Assembly (NCBI RefSeq): GCF_964204865.1
Contig: NC_135256.1
Coordinates: forward strand, 8,990,001-9,054,000
Source: Styela clava
Taxonomy: Eukaryota
Direction of reading: 5' to 3'
Length of the DNA stretch: 64,000 nt
In this document: piece after piece, positions 12,369-26,400 of the stretch
How the letters are laid out: the number at the start of each line of letters is the position of its first letter
How positions within the stretch are numbered: position 1 is the first letter of the stretch
Notes under the pieces: model-generated
What the model was told of the DNA's origin: nothing
Database searches by the model: none
What the model saw: the letters and a program-made list of their open reading frames with translations, nothing else
Translations under genes and position numbers: made by a program

Positions 12369-13845
12369 TAGGCTTGCACGTAATTTACTGAATTACGGAA
12401 TTATTTCGAGTTACGGAAGCGAAGTTACGAATTACGTAAATTCGTAATTATTGGTGGAGCGCATTCGCGATTGAAACGAGCTCTCTTTAGAGCAGTCAAT
12501 TCCGTCGATTGTAAAAAATTAAAGTTTAATAAGTAGAAGAAGTTAGAGTTCCGGTATTCGCAGCCGTTTTCTCTCTCTTGTTACGCAGATGGAGAAGGCA
12601 TAACGCGTTGCCATTTACTAACCTATTATCAACTTATCTAGCATGGCAAATGTACATATTAAGCGTAGATATGGGATAGAATTGTGTTGAGACCGATGGA
12701 TGCCAACACACCTGATTTCAACTTCTTCGGGTGAAATGACTAAAGAATGTAAGAGATCAACTTACCAAACATGGTCTATTTGTAAATGCCGTGATAATTA
12801 ATGTCGCGCTTATCAAACAGCAATATGACGACGGAAGAGAAATTGCGTAATGAACCAACGCAACTTAGTCTTTTCGGCATCGGTAAAGCGATTCAGACGG
12901 CAGAGAAACAACAAAAAGACGGGATTTCCCATGTTTATTCTGCGCGAGATCCATTTTCTATTACAAAATCTTGATGTTCTGTTACCAGTTTTATCGTTAT
13001 ATATCTGTCCGGACTTGGCCTTGTATTCACAATGCCTCGCGCTATTTCGGCCAAATATGTCTTTACCAAATGCGGCAACTTATTTTGATTTATCGTCGAC
13101 TCAAATACCACCGGCACTCGACCAAACTTGTGTCAATCTCAGCCGATAGGATTGTCGACTTGAATTAGAAAAGTAAATTAATATTTTCGTGAGTGCAAAA
13201 TAAATGTCACCAAATGCATTGTTTTGCGATATAACTTTGTATTTTCGGAGTAGGCATGTCATATAAGTACGGTATTTAAATTATGCGCAAATAATTAATA
13301 TTTGATCTAAATTTATCGCAAATAATGTTATAACATTTAGGCCGCGAAATGATTTAATGTAAAATGAAGCATGGTAATCGGAATATCGTCAATAAGTCGG
13401 CATCAATAATTATTATAAAATGCTAACTAGGTAGTAAAGTCGGATAATGTAAAAAAACGGTACAATAACAAGTCTTCGTCGCGAGGCAAGCGCAAGTATA
13501 ATCAAACGAGAGAATACGCTCGTCGTTGATTGATCCCATAAAATTGGGTGATAAAGTTGATAAAGAAAAATCAAAACTAACACAAAAGATAAAAATCAGA
13601 ATAAAATTAATTTGAATTCACTCCTCGATATTTGTCTTTAGCATCTGTCGCCGGCGTGTAGTACTGGCGGAAATATGGAAACCAAACTGTCCCAACTGTC
13701 GATGTCCCATTCGGAATAGAAGTGGATTAAATTGGTTGTTATGATAGGTTTGAAAGTGTGAAAAAATATCGCAATTACGGGGTCATTACGTAATCGATTT
13801 GGCCGTAATTACGGAATTGATTTTTGTCAATTACGTGCAAGCCTA
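12369..13845. mobile_element. Non-autonomous hAT-like element (TAGGCTTGCACG family)
   Basis: Same TIRs as 5042-6103. Perfect 8-bp TSD ATAGTGCT (12361-12368, 13846-13853). Empty site at 22100-22107. No transposase ORF. Confidence 0.95.
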
Positions 13846-15183
13846 ATAGTGCTCATACATAAATTTGATTTGGTGATATTTTGTGAGTTATTATAAATAT
13901 AAAATGTTGTATAAACAGTGTAAGTAAGTATCAACAATTCGATTATCGATACGGTGGTTTGTGTGTTTTATATCTTCGTTCGTTCTGTTCCATTTTGCTT
14001 AGTTTGGATTGTGAGAAAATAAAAATCATTTAAATCAGGATTTATTAAGTCAAATACACAGCATTTAAAATAAGAAACAATAAATCATTTATACGAAATA
14101 GAATATGTAGAATATTCGATCCTATTTTGGGTTTGTTCAACACAATTCTGTTAATTTTCGCGTCGCAGTTAGCAACTCGCAGCGGCGCACCTTTTGGGAA
14201 CCACCATTGTATTAGGAAAAAAATAAGGAAAACAAAACTCCTTCAATCTCTTATTCAAATACTATGGTAAAATTGGCTTCAAACTTCAGTTAGAAAACCT
14301 GTTTATCGCAACACGATTTGAATAGGTTCGATTCTGACTTATCGCTTCAACAGTTCTACAATCACAATATGGAAGAATCAGTTCTTCCCTGGCGATGCAT
14401 TATATACTCGTACAATACGATCAAATTAAAAAATTTCTGTGATTCTTATAAGTTCAATCGCGATTTGCCGAATTCAACTACAAATCATTCCTAGCCATAG
14501 AAAATAAGCTGTCAACTCAACTGCAGTGATTTCACATCCACCGTCGACGTCACTTATTTGATGTAGAGATTCCTTGTTATTCAGGTCGGGGAAGTAAATA
14601 TTTTTGAATGGTTATGACAATGTAGCAGGATTCTAAAATGACTTCTCTATAGATTGTTACTCTCCGGCCGGCTTCAAAATTGATCGAACTATATCGTAAC
14701 CCAATTTTAGCAGTAATCTTTTTTCTTTTATAGACGGTGATCTCCAAAAAAAATTTTATTTTTAAATTTACAAAATGATTCGTCCTCATTTAAGAGGACC
14801 GTTTTGAAGTAAAGTCCTGTATATAAATATAAAAGATTTGCTGAAAATACTTTTCATATTAACGCTATTGGTTTGGTGGCCAAACGATCGTAAGTATCAT
14901 AGATCACACGTATGTTTGTCTATTGTATTGAGTATTTGCGATCTAGCTCAATGGTCAAGAAATTCTTTTCAATTGTTTTTCTTTCGTTAATGTGATGTCT
15001 ATTTCACACGTGTTCATAACGTAAAGTAACAATAATATCTGAGCAGACAAAGTCACAATAGTACTTTTCGGCTTTTACTCGACATTGCTGGATGTAAAAA
15101 TATATTATTGCATTTTTAGCACAAATATACAATGAAGTTTTTTTCTACTAAATCAATGAAATGAACTAATTTGCTAAATATAA

Positions 15184-18100
15184 CTAAGTTGAAACTAGAC
15201 TTGCTATAAAAGTAAAAAACAATATGCATATAAATACGCCATTTGATTTCAATTTTACAGCATGAGACGTAGTTGATTCGGAAGTAGCAATACGAGTACT
15301 AGCATATTCAGTGTATGCTCCAGTTGTTTTTTCTTTTTCGTCAATTTTCCCAATAATCCAATTCATATACGTTACTACGTCAGTGTAAGCCCCTGGTCGT
15401 TGTGCCACTGCACATCCTTCCCCGAAACTTGTTATCCCTCGTGCAACATAAACTGAAGATTCCATGCAAACTAAAGGCCCGCCACTATCTCCTTGGCAAG
15501 TGTCAATACCACCTTCTTCAAACCTAGACATTAAGACATTAAGGAATGGTTAGGAGGAAAACTAATACTTGATTTTGCTATTATATTCACAAGTGCAGTA
15601 CACAAACACATTTATAACATTCCCAATAATAATGGAAATACAAAAATTCCTTTATTGTACGTTTTCTTTAATCAAAGTCATAACACCTAAAAGTACTTAA
15701 AGTAGACAGATATGTTTATTCAATGTTTCTATATGTAAATGACAGTAGATACCGATTTAAACAGGACTTGAAGCACGTCAAGTAACCACTGTATATCAAA
15801 TAGCCTGGCGGTTTGCTTCGATGTAGCCTACTTGCTACGGAGGTGGGCTGGATTTTTAATTTCCATATTAATGATCATATATCGAATTTCTGTGTAGGCC
15901 GCGTAGGCTTCTGCGGTTGAAGGCGGAAACTCACCCAGCACAGAAGTGGTCGCTGGGAATGGAGAGGTTCAATGTGCTGTACCATTCATTGCATGTTTCT
16001 CGTGATATAATATCAACTCCGGCATATTGAAGAATATTTTGATTCCCAGTATCTGTTGATGAGAAATTAAAAGTATTAATCAATAAAACCATAAACTCAA
16101 AGGTATTGAAATACTCAGGGCCCAGGTTCTGAAATAATTTATGACGTTTATTCAGTCAAATAACACCACACTTAGTTCCTAATGCCTTGGACTAAGTTGA
16201 TATCGAAAAATAAAAATTCGCATTAAAATCCAATCACCACCATCACCGTTGTACATAGACGTGCAAAACTCCGCGCAAAAACTTCAATATTGATTATGTT
16301 ATGTTGGTGATTTAGATTTTATTCGTATATCCAGGGCACATGTTTAGAATCTTCAGATCAACGAAAGATTTGGCATCCCAGGAACTTCGCTTACCTTGGG
16401 TGTCCCCAAATCCGGATACGAAACAGGTCTGCCCTACTGTAGCTTCAGAACCAAATGTAGGTAAACATGCTGGGCGGACGTAATAATCATAAGTCACTTC
16501 AGTTGTTAGTTGTAACAGAGCTATATCAGCAAAGAAGCTTCCAATTACATCGCCGTAATCTAAAAATACAGCACAAAATAGTAGTTGCTGATACTCCTGT
16601 AGATTAAACATGTACATAGTTTGGGTCACATCTGAAAATACAATAGGACCGTTTGTGACTATGGGGAATTATATATGAGAACAAGTGTCAGTCTACAACT
16701 TGCGTAGTTTTCAGCGTAATCTAAAAATTCAGTAGAAAATAGTCGCTGATGATTCTTGGACTTGTCTTCAGTTTTGGTCATATATAAAACGGCAATGTGA
16801 CCGTCTGGAAACCTGATAAATTTTCGTGTCCTTTTTCAGGAAGCCTATACCGTTTCCCTGAAAATAAGACAGTGTCTCATTTCAATTTTCTTCCGAAAAA
16901 TACCACTAGGGCTCATTTTCGGGGGATGTCTTATAATTTTATTTATCAAAAACAAAACTAGAAAGTACATAATTAGGAGATTTTCAAATATAAAAAATAT
17001 TAAAACCGATATCAATTTACTTAAATGACACGTTTTCCTCTCACACGTTTTAGATTGATCATTTATAACGTATGGGAGAGATTTCTTGCTATCGACCAGG
17101 TAAGAAATTTTGCGTTATTGACTAGGTCTTATTTTAAGGGGAGGGCTTAATTAAAATCATTCCCAAAATTTAGTCTAGGTCATTTTTTCAGGGTAGGTCT
17201 TATTTTCGGGAAAACACGGTGTCATTGGGTACCATAAAAGGTTGTCAATTAAATTAGACTGAGAATATATAGTACTCTGACTGGTAAAGTGTCTGTAATG
17301 GATGCAGGTCGCATATTTGTATTTCGTCTAGATTTCTAGTTTTGTAGCTTTTGCTCGCAATATTTTTATCTTGCACGCTTTTCCCGACCTTTCACCCCCG
17401 ATAAATAAATTAAAACTCCAAAGAAGACAGAGTGATCATTGAATTATCTGATTTATATTTAAATCTCCGAAGCAAAACTGAAAACTAACGAATAGAGTTC
17501 AAAATTGCGATAACGAGGTAATGTTTACGACCACGCCTGGAAATCTGTCTGAGTGAAAAAAGTGTCTGAGTAGCGCAGTTTCGAGACTCCAATCCGTGCG
17601 TTACAGTGGCCTAATAGTGAAACATGAGTAGTAAACCTACACTAGTAGTCACGCAACTGCAAATCCCAACAGACAAGCTCCGTATTTTGAATGTTTATAT
17701 TACTGCTCTATTTCACGAGATAAACTATCGTATAAAAATTAATAATAAACAATACTTTGTAGTAGCTATTTTATACTAAGCCTTGTTAAACAGGAAGCGT
17801 TGGAAAACAATTTGATAGTTTTGACTGGCAGTAATAACCAACATACCTTGATGCAAAAAATATTCTTCAACGTTAAGATACTGTCTGCCTATTTCGTCCG
17901 AATTAGTTTGGTTGTTAGCTCCAAGGATTATGATTATACTTTCAACTGTATCTTCGCTGAAACCAGAAAAAATATTATGCAGCGTAATCAGGGCGAGATT
18001 TAGACATTTGTGAGGTCTCTATTTTACATTGTGTGTGTAGTTTACAAGTGTATGTACCCATATGTAGGTAGCTAATTTTGTTCGCCTACTTTACATTAAG

Positions 18101-19985
18101 TTATGTAAAGGAACTGAAGCCTATGGCAGAGAGTGTATTCACTTGGCTGATTTATATTTATGAATTTCCGTGAAATACGAAATGTTAGTTACGGTCAAGT
18201 ACGCCAATTAATCAAATATATTGGACAGTAGGTTAAATTTTAAAACACTCAGAAAATCAAGGATATAACTCAGAATTGAAGTGGTTTGTTACGGTTAGAC
18301 ACTTAAAACAAAACTCAGTCAGCTGAACACTATTAAATTAATCCGATAGTCTCAAATTGTTTAGCCTGATTCCAATCTTGGGATAAATATCTTTTGTACA
18401 AAGCCTCCGCCAATAAAAAAAACAGCCAACGTTTAAAAATTTGGGGTATTTTGAAATACCTAATATGATCAATAATAATAATATAGCACGAGACTTAGCT
18501 GTCTCCAAATACATTGTCCAGTATAAATATGTAAATTTCTTTACGTTTGCAAACAATGAGCCGCAGTCAGTATCCAGGTTGGCCTTATGAGAATTCCTCC
18601 GCAGTAAAGTGGCTGATGTTTTGTTTTCACGTGTATAAATGCTTGCCATGGCCACTGGCCTGCTGCTGCGTCACTGCCGTTTACCACTCTCCCGTTATTT
18701 CTGGTGATCCCCGCAACACCGCATTCTCCTGTAAAAAACGATACCTACAAATTTTATGTTTTTTTTACACTTCTTTTGCCATTGGCTTTTGGCCAAACAA
18801 TGTCATTGCTTTTAATTTTGTGCAAAGTACTCTGTGTTTAAAATTGAATGAATTAATTTAGACGAAAAGCAAACAGCGTACGATGATACCCATTATAAAG
18901 TATTTGTTTACATACCTTGAATGTAGACTATACAACCAATTGCTTGAAATGATAAGCCAACTGGTCGCAATTACGGCCTGGCTGTTTTGAATACCCTATG
19001 ATTTCAGTATTAATTCGAATATATTTTTCGAATCGAATTTAGAATACTTGGAAGATATGTAAGTTATGTGATTTTCCATTGTAAACTACTCAGGACTGTG
19101 AATCAATCACTCGGACATTTTCCTGGGATATGCAAGCTGTAGTCGCGATCTCCGAACCTTTTCGTCTTAAACAGGCTCTCAGTAGTCAGTATTAATTAAA
19201 AAGCAATCAATTACTCAACATTTATCAATTTAACGATAAGGCACTTTGTTGTAAAAAACAGTTATCAAGGAAAAATCACTAACCGTTTTCCTAGTGGGGA
19301 ATTACCCAGTTCACCGTGAAAAGCCCGCGTTGGTATATAACTATCATATGATATGAATATAATTTTTTTGACAAAGTAATGATTGTAATGATTCAATTAT
19401 ATTTGATGAACGCCTCGCTCGGTGATCAAATGTTAGATACGTGTAAGAACACATCATTTTGGATATTATCATATTTTAAATAATTTTATTTGTCACGTCC
19501 GATTGCCGTTTGGGTCCGGACGTGTTTTCGTGGCACTGTATTACGGATGTTCAATCGGTTCGCTGCAGTATCTTCACTTCGTGCACTTTGGGCAAAAATA
19601 CTGATGTTAATTGGATCAAGTGACTATTCTCTCCAACGATAACGCAATTGTCACCGCGCAATAGAATAGTTGACTGTAGGGATTGACATCAAATTTTACG
19701 GATGCAGATTCGGAATTGACAACGAAATGAATGGGCATCAAAAGTATAGATTGGTCTTGATCTTGCTCGTCTTCCAGGTCCTCTGCATTTTGTTTGTACG
19801 TCTAATGTTGTTTTGTTTTATACAAGAGGGACCAAAATAAAATTGACTGATTGATTGAATGATTACCTAGGTAATTAATAAATAATATTAACCTTACCGT
19901 TGTAATCTCCACCCTCACCTTGTCCATAAACATTTGGGTGTATACACATACATATCAATATTAAGAATAGTTTGCCAAGTTTCAT
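15184..19985 (-). CDS. Trypsin-like S1A protease copy B, intact, prostasin/testisin-like topology with GPI-type tail
   Basis: Exons 19985-19898, 18728-18545, 17956-17847, 16559-16395, 16052-15935, 15523-15184, all GT-AG and in phase. Catalytic triad TAAHC / ADIALL / GDSGGP; Asp189 in IDTCQG; C-terminus [29 protein letters not shown]. Confidence 0.92.
16850..17219. mobile_element. Tc1/mariner (Tc2/pogo-like) MITE, duplicated copy
   Basis: Near-identical to 4273-4646. Confidence 0.75.
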
Positions 19986-20031
19986 AGTACATTTAATGAC
20001 TTGTAAACTTAGAAATATGATTAGCCTAGTG

Positions 20032-20973
20032 CAGGGTGGTCCCAGGTTGTCGGCTCCGCCGACCACAAAATTATTTTCGCATTGTTCGCGGACCACAATA
20101 GTGCCAAGAATAGGTAAACAGTGCAATACAAAACAAATACTTTCCTTGTGCAAACACATTGATCAGTTTATGTCATTTATTAATCTAACCCATGCAAAAG
20201 CCACCAAAAAACTTACTAAAACATGCAAAACATTTCTCTACATATAATGTAAGATTTCAAACTCTTGATAACGAAAAAAGTGCTTCCGCAAATGAATTTT
20301 TTTTTTGTGAAATGCTCATTGCTCACAAGATGCTAAAATGCCGTTTACAATTCAATTCTTTTGTCATAGACACGAATTGTGACATTTTAAGCAAGCATTG
20401 TGGTATTTTTCATCTCACATACAGTTAAAATATGTTTGAATTCTTCAGCTTTCTCTTTAAACTCATGTTTACAAAATGGCTGCAGATTGATTGATTACCA
20501 TAATATGTGAGGTACAGAATGGTAATTACTAAATTTTCTGACATATAGGCAGCATTTTGTGTAATACTGTTTAGGCTGGTTGCAAAAACACCCGGCATGA
20601 ATCACATTGTTAGGCCACAACTTTTAATTATCAGGCATAGCCAACCTAGGCTCATAGAATCAACATTCGATTTTTAGTTTTCTATGACGGCAAAATTGTT
20701 AGCATATATTCCCGACCAAAACGACAGAAAGCCATATAACAATTTATACTGCCAAGCACATCATTCAATTCTGCTAGTTACCTCAGCGAGCCATAACACT
20801 AGTTACTTCAGTGAGATTAGTGATGTAACAATAAGTCAAGAAAATTTTCTGGTTAATTTTATGACAGAACAGCACGGAATGCGATTTTTTTATTACTCTT
20901 CGAATGCGAGGGGGTCATAGATAATGAAGCGGCGAGCCACATGTGGCCCGCGGGCCTGGGTTTGGACCACCTG
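20032..20973. mobile_element. Same hAT-Charlie-like element upstream of B
   Basis: Duplicate of 10331-11269 with TSD GCCTAGTG. Confidence 0.92.
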
Positions 20974-23433
20974 GCCTAGTGTATTATTACAGAATAATGT
21001 ACGAAAAAAATATGAATTTATACTTGAAAAAAAACGGCTAAGAAATGATTGACTATAACGTGACATATCGCGAATTGTTGTCCGGGTGCCATTCACTTCA
21101 GATTAGAACACACGTTTTTTGTATAATAATTCGGAAGTTATATGACAATAACAAGCTTTCGAGAACTGCAATTTAATCTCTAGGTTCATTTACATTGTGT
21201 CGGTAATCTATCAAGATCTGTATGGAAAATTTAAAGACATATCTATGCTACTACTACTACTGTATACTGACGTATCTACAATTAGACATAAACCTGCCGT
21301 TGATCTACCATTCTATCAAATTTATGATACGAACAAAATAATTTTTGGAGTATTTTTGGAGTAGACACCACTTGTGACACTACGCCACTATTATTTGAAA
21401 TGAAGCGGCCTTTTCCCCCGAGTTCTATTGGAATTATACCATACCATGATTACAAAATTTCTTATAGCCCTAATAAACGAACTTGTATATCAGTTGGCAC
21501 AATACTTCTGTAAAGTATGTTCATTCTCCATAAAAATCAGGAATAGTTTTACTGTGTCAATAATGATTTATTGGGGTATTCGTGGTGAAAGCATTATTGT
21601 AAATATTTGGAAACAAAAGAGCACATCCCGTGAAAGCATATTGTGCCACATGCTCCGTTTCAATAATTGTGAACCCTATATATGTTCAAGGTGGATGAAT
21701 TACTTCAAAGAGACGTCAAATTTCTCCTTCATATGATTTTACATCTCGCATTCTTATTCCTGGGATATAAACATATTCAAATGTCGCCACTTTAAAATGG
21801 GGGTCGGGCGGATAAGGACAAACGTATAACACTGGCTTGAACCCGTTCATACTCGCCAATAAAACTAGTTACTCAATCAGTTCTCGAAAATACTAATCAT
21901 AAACTTTTAATGTTTCACTGAATATAAAAGAGTGACCTCTAGGACACGAAGTAAATCAATAGATTGTTTTCAAAATTGTTGTTTGCAAATCTCCCAAAAC
22001 TGAACCAATTTCAAATTTTAAGCATTTAAAATATACGAGTTTTCTCATGAAATACTGTATTGGAATTTATTTTGTAGTTCCCAATTTCTAATTAGTAATA
22101 TAGTGCTCATACATAAATTTGATTTGGTGATATTTTGTGAGTTATTATAAATATAAAATGTTGTATAAACAGTGTAAGTAAGTATCAACAATTCGATTAT
22201 CGATACGGTGGTTTGTGTGTTTTATATCTTCGTTCGTTCTGTTCCATTTTGCTTAGTTTGGATTGTGAGAAAATAAAAATCATTTAAATCAGGATTTATT
22301 AAGTCAAATACACAGCATTTAAAATAAGAAACAATAAAACATTTATACGAAATAGAATATGTAGAATATTCGATCCTATTTTGGGTTTGTTCAACACAAT
22401 TCTGTTAATTTTCGCGTCGCAGTTAGCAACTCGCAGCGGCGCACCTTTTGGGAACCACCGTTGTATTAGGAAAAAAATAAGGAAAACAAATATTTTCAAT
22501 TTTTAAACTCCTTCAATCTCTTATTCAAATACCATGGTAAAATTGGCTTCGAACTTCAGTTAGAAAACCGGTTTATCGCAACACGATTTGAATAGGTTCG
22601 ATTCTGACTTATCGCTTCAACAGTTCTACAATCACAATATGGAAGAATCAGTTCTGCCCTGGCGATGCATTATATACTCGTACAATACGATCAAATTAAA
22701 AAATTTCTGTGATTCTTATAAGTTCAATCGCGATTTGCCGAGTTCAACTACAAATCATTCCTAGCCATAGAAAATAAGCTGTCAACTCAACTGCAGTGAT
22801 TTCACATCCACCGTCGACGTCACTTATTTGATGTAGAGATTCCTTGTTATTCAGGTCGGGGAAGTAAATATTTTTGAATGGTTATGACAATGTAGCAGGA
22901 TTCTAAAATGACTTCTCTATAGATTGTTACTCTCCGGCCGGCTTCAAAATTGATCGAACTATATCGTAACCCAATTTTAGCGGTAATCTCTTTTCTTTTA
23001 TAGACGGTGATCACCAAAAATATTTTTTTTTTTTAATTTACAAAATGATTCGTCCTCATTTAAGAGGACCGTTTTGAAGTAAAGTCCTGTATATAAATAT
23101 AAAAGATTTGCTGAAAATACTTTTCATATTAACGCTATTGGTTTGGTGGCCAAACGATCGTAAGTATCATAGATCACACGTATGTTTGTCTATTGTATTG
23201 AGTATTTGCGATCTAGCTCAATGGTCAAGAAATTCTTTTCAATTGTTTTCCTTTCGTTAATGTGATGTCTATTTCACACGTGTTCATAACGTAAAGTAAC
23301 AACGATATCTGAGCAGACAAAGTCACAATAATACTTTTCGGCTTTTACTTGACATTGCTGGATGTAAAAATATATTATTGCATTTTTAGCACAAATATAC
23401 AATGAACTTTTTCTACTAAATCAATGAAATAAA

Positions 23434-26400
23434 TTAAACTAGACTTGGTATAAAAGTAAAAAACAATATGCATATAAATACGCCATTCGATTTCAATTTT
23501 ACACCAGGAGACGTAGTTGATTCGGAAGTAGCAATACGAGTACTAGCATATTCAGTGGATGCTCCAGTTATTTCTTCTTCTTCGCCAATTTTTTCAATAA
23601 TCCAATTCATATACGTTGCTACGTCAGTGTAAGCCCCTGGTCGTCGTTCCTTTGCACATTCTTCTCCGAAACTTGTTATCCCTCGTGCAACATAAACTGA
23701 AGATTCCATGCAAACTAAAGGCCCGCCACTATCTCCTTGGCAAGTGTCAATACCACCTTCTTCAAACCTAGACATTAAACTTCATTCAAGTCGAGATATA
23801 ATTGATAATAATAGTTCACAATATCTTACAGCAACTAGAATCTAGATTCATCCATCGCGAAAAATTGAAACCGATGGGTTTTGAAGCTGATAAACCGAAC
23901 AAAAAGGAATGGTTAGTATAGGAGGAAAATCAATACTTAATTTTACTAATATATTCAGGGCAGTACACAAACACATTTATAACATTCCCAATGTTATGGA
24001 AATAGGATAGAAATATCGAGATTTGTATTCGAGCACACACACATACGCTCCATATGTACGACATTACACATTTTGAAGCTTCTTTATTGTACGTTTTCCT
24101 AAGCGAAGTCATGATCCGTCATCGAAAAGTAATGAGATTATTGATAGACGGCAATTGATTGCAAGCGACAGACAAGTTCAATTTACGTCGTATATTCATT
24201 TTTTTATGTAAATGACAGTAGATACCTATTTATACAAGACTTCAAGCGCATCGAGTAATCACTGTCCAGTCCAGTGGTTTGATTCGATGTAGTTGCTACG
24301 GAGATGGGCTTGATTTTCAATTTGGATTTTAATGATGATATAACGAATTTTTGTGTGAGTCACGTATGCTTTCGTGCTTATATATCTCAGCAATGCTTTC
24401 CTGTTAATTGAGTAGAAGGCCTAAACTTACCCAGCGCAAAAGTGACCGTTGGGAATGGAGAGGGGCGATGTACGGTACCATTCATTGCATGTTTCTCGTG
24501 ATATAATATCAACACCGGCATATTGAAGAATATTTTGATTACCAGTATCTGTTAGGTGTTGATGAGAAATTTATAGTATTGATCAATAACACCATAGACT
24601 CAAAAGAATCAAGATTCTAAGGGCCAAGATTCTGAATTACTTTGTGACTTTTATTCAGTCAAATAGTAACACATTGGTTGAGTTCCTAATGTGTTGGACT
24701 CATCTATGTTGCAATCGAGAAAAAATACTCGTTTTGAAAACCAATGAGAACCGTTGTGTTGTGCAGAGACGTGTAAAACTCCGCGCAAAAACTTCAATAT
24801 TGAGTATATCCTGTTGTCAATTTAGATTTGATTGGTATATCCAGGTAACTTAGTTAGATAAACCAAAGTATACAGCCCAATATTAACTTAGCTTACTCTG
24901 AGTTTCACCAAATCCGGATATGAAACAGGTCTGTCCTACAGTAGCTTCAGAACCAAATGTAGGTAAACAAGCTGGGCGGACGTAATAATCATAAGTAACT
25001 TCAGTTGTTAGCCTTAAAAGAGCTATGTCAGCAAAGTAGCTTCCAATTGCATCATCGTAATCTAAAAATACAGCACAAAATAGCAGTTGCTGATACACCT
25101 GTAGATTAAACATGTACATAGTTTGGGTCACATCTGAAAATACAATAGGACCGTTTGTGACTATGGGGAATTATATATGAGAACGCCCCATGATTGGTAT
25201 TTTATTAGGGTGCTTCATTAAATCAGACTTAGATAATTGTATTCAGACTGGTGAAGTGTCCTGTGGCGAAACGTGTGATTGTAAAACACTTGTGGTAACC
25301 TCACACTAGTAGCCAGTTCTCAACAGCAAGTTCTAAGAGATTAGTTTCGTTGTTTGAATGTTTGTATAACTGCTGATTTACAGGATAAACCATCGTGAAA
25401 ACTTCATTAAATAATATGAAGTTTTCATGCAAGGTTTTTGTCGGCATTCAGTAACAGCATTTCCGTTTCGGTGAATTGTTTATGCTGGGTTTAGTTATTA
25501 AATATTTTATATCAAGATCTGTTATAGCCTTCAGGTTGGCGGAAGGAAGCAATTTGACAGTTGTAACGTTGGTACTTGGTATAACGTACCTTGAGGTGAC
25601 CGTACATTTGAACCCATACATTTGCATCCGTATATCCGCGGGTTCAATCTATTTGAGGATGCTAAAATCCATGGGTTAGTATGGATTCAGATATCCGTAA
25701 ATAAAAAAATTTCCATATGTGCAATAGTATGCAGGTTCAACTGTCGTGGGTTCAAATGTAATGGAACCTACCTTGATGCACAACATATTCTCCAACGTAA
25801 TGATACTGCCTGCCTATTTCGTCCAAATTAGTTTGGTTTTGGGCTCCAAGAAGTATGATTATACTTTCAATTCGAAATGACCTAAAATGAGAAAAAATAT
25901 TGTGCAGCGTAATCAGGAACGGATTTAGACATTTGTGAGGCCTCCATTTTTACAATGACGCCATACAGAACTCGTTATAGCGTCATGCTGGGACTTTCAC
26001 CTCATCTAAAATGTATTGTGACGCTCTAAATAAATTTTAAACTGCTTGAAATACGGAATGTTACTGGCAAGATATCAATCAAATAGATTGGACAGAGAGT
26101 TGAATTAAAAAACATATATATAAAAACTCAAGGCTGTATGTAACTCAGAATTAAAGTGGTTCAGGATAAGAAATCGGCAAAATTTTTAGTATTTGATCTC
26201 TAAGAACAAGTCTTAGTCAAGATGAACAATATTAAATTAATTCGCCCTTCTCGGGTTGTTTAGCCTGCTTTCAATCTTTGAAAAAAGTATATTTTTTGAG
26301 CTTTGATGTATTTTAAAGTAGCTAATACAGTACAATACAAAATATAATATTCATATAGCACGAGACTAAGCTGTCTCCAACTACTTATCTCCAGCTTGCG

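Larger units (their letters stand above)
2520..23410. repeat. Recent tandem segmental duplication (about 2520-15125 versus 15125-23410), nested in an older repeat array spanning 1019-29148
   Basis: The two segments are near-identical over genes, introns and intergenic DNA apart from transposon indels. Matching junction GAAAACC(T/G)G-TTT-ATCGCAAC at 14302 and 22572. Confidence 0.9.

Noticed and set aside
12850-13168. Transposase ORFs inside the hAT-like element (also ORFs within 7726-9149)
   Set aside because: Short overlapping frames with no BED finger, DDE or dimerisation motif. The elements are non-autonomous.
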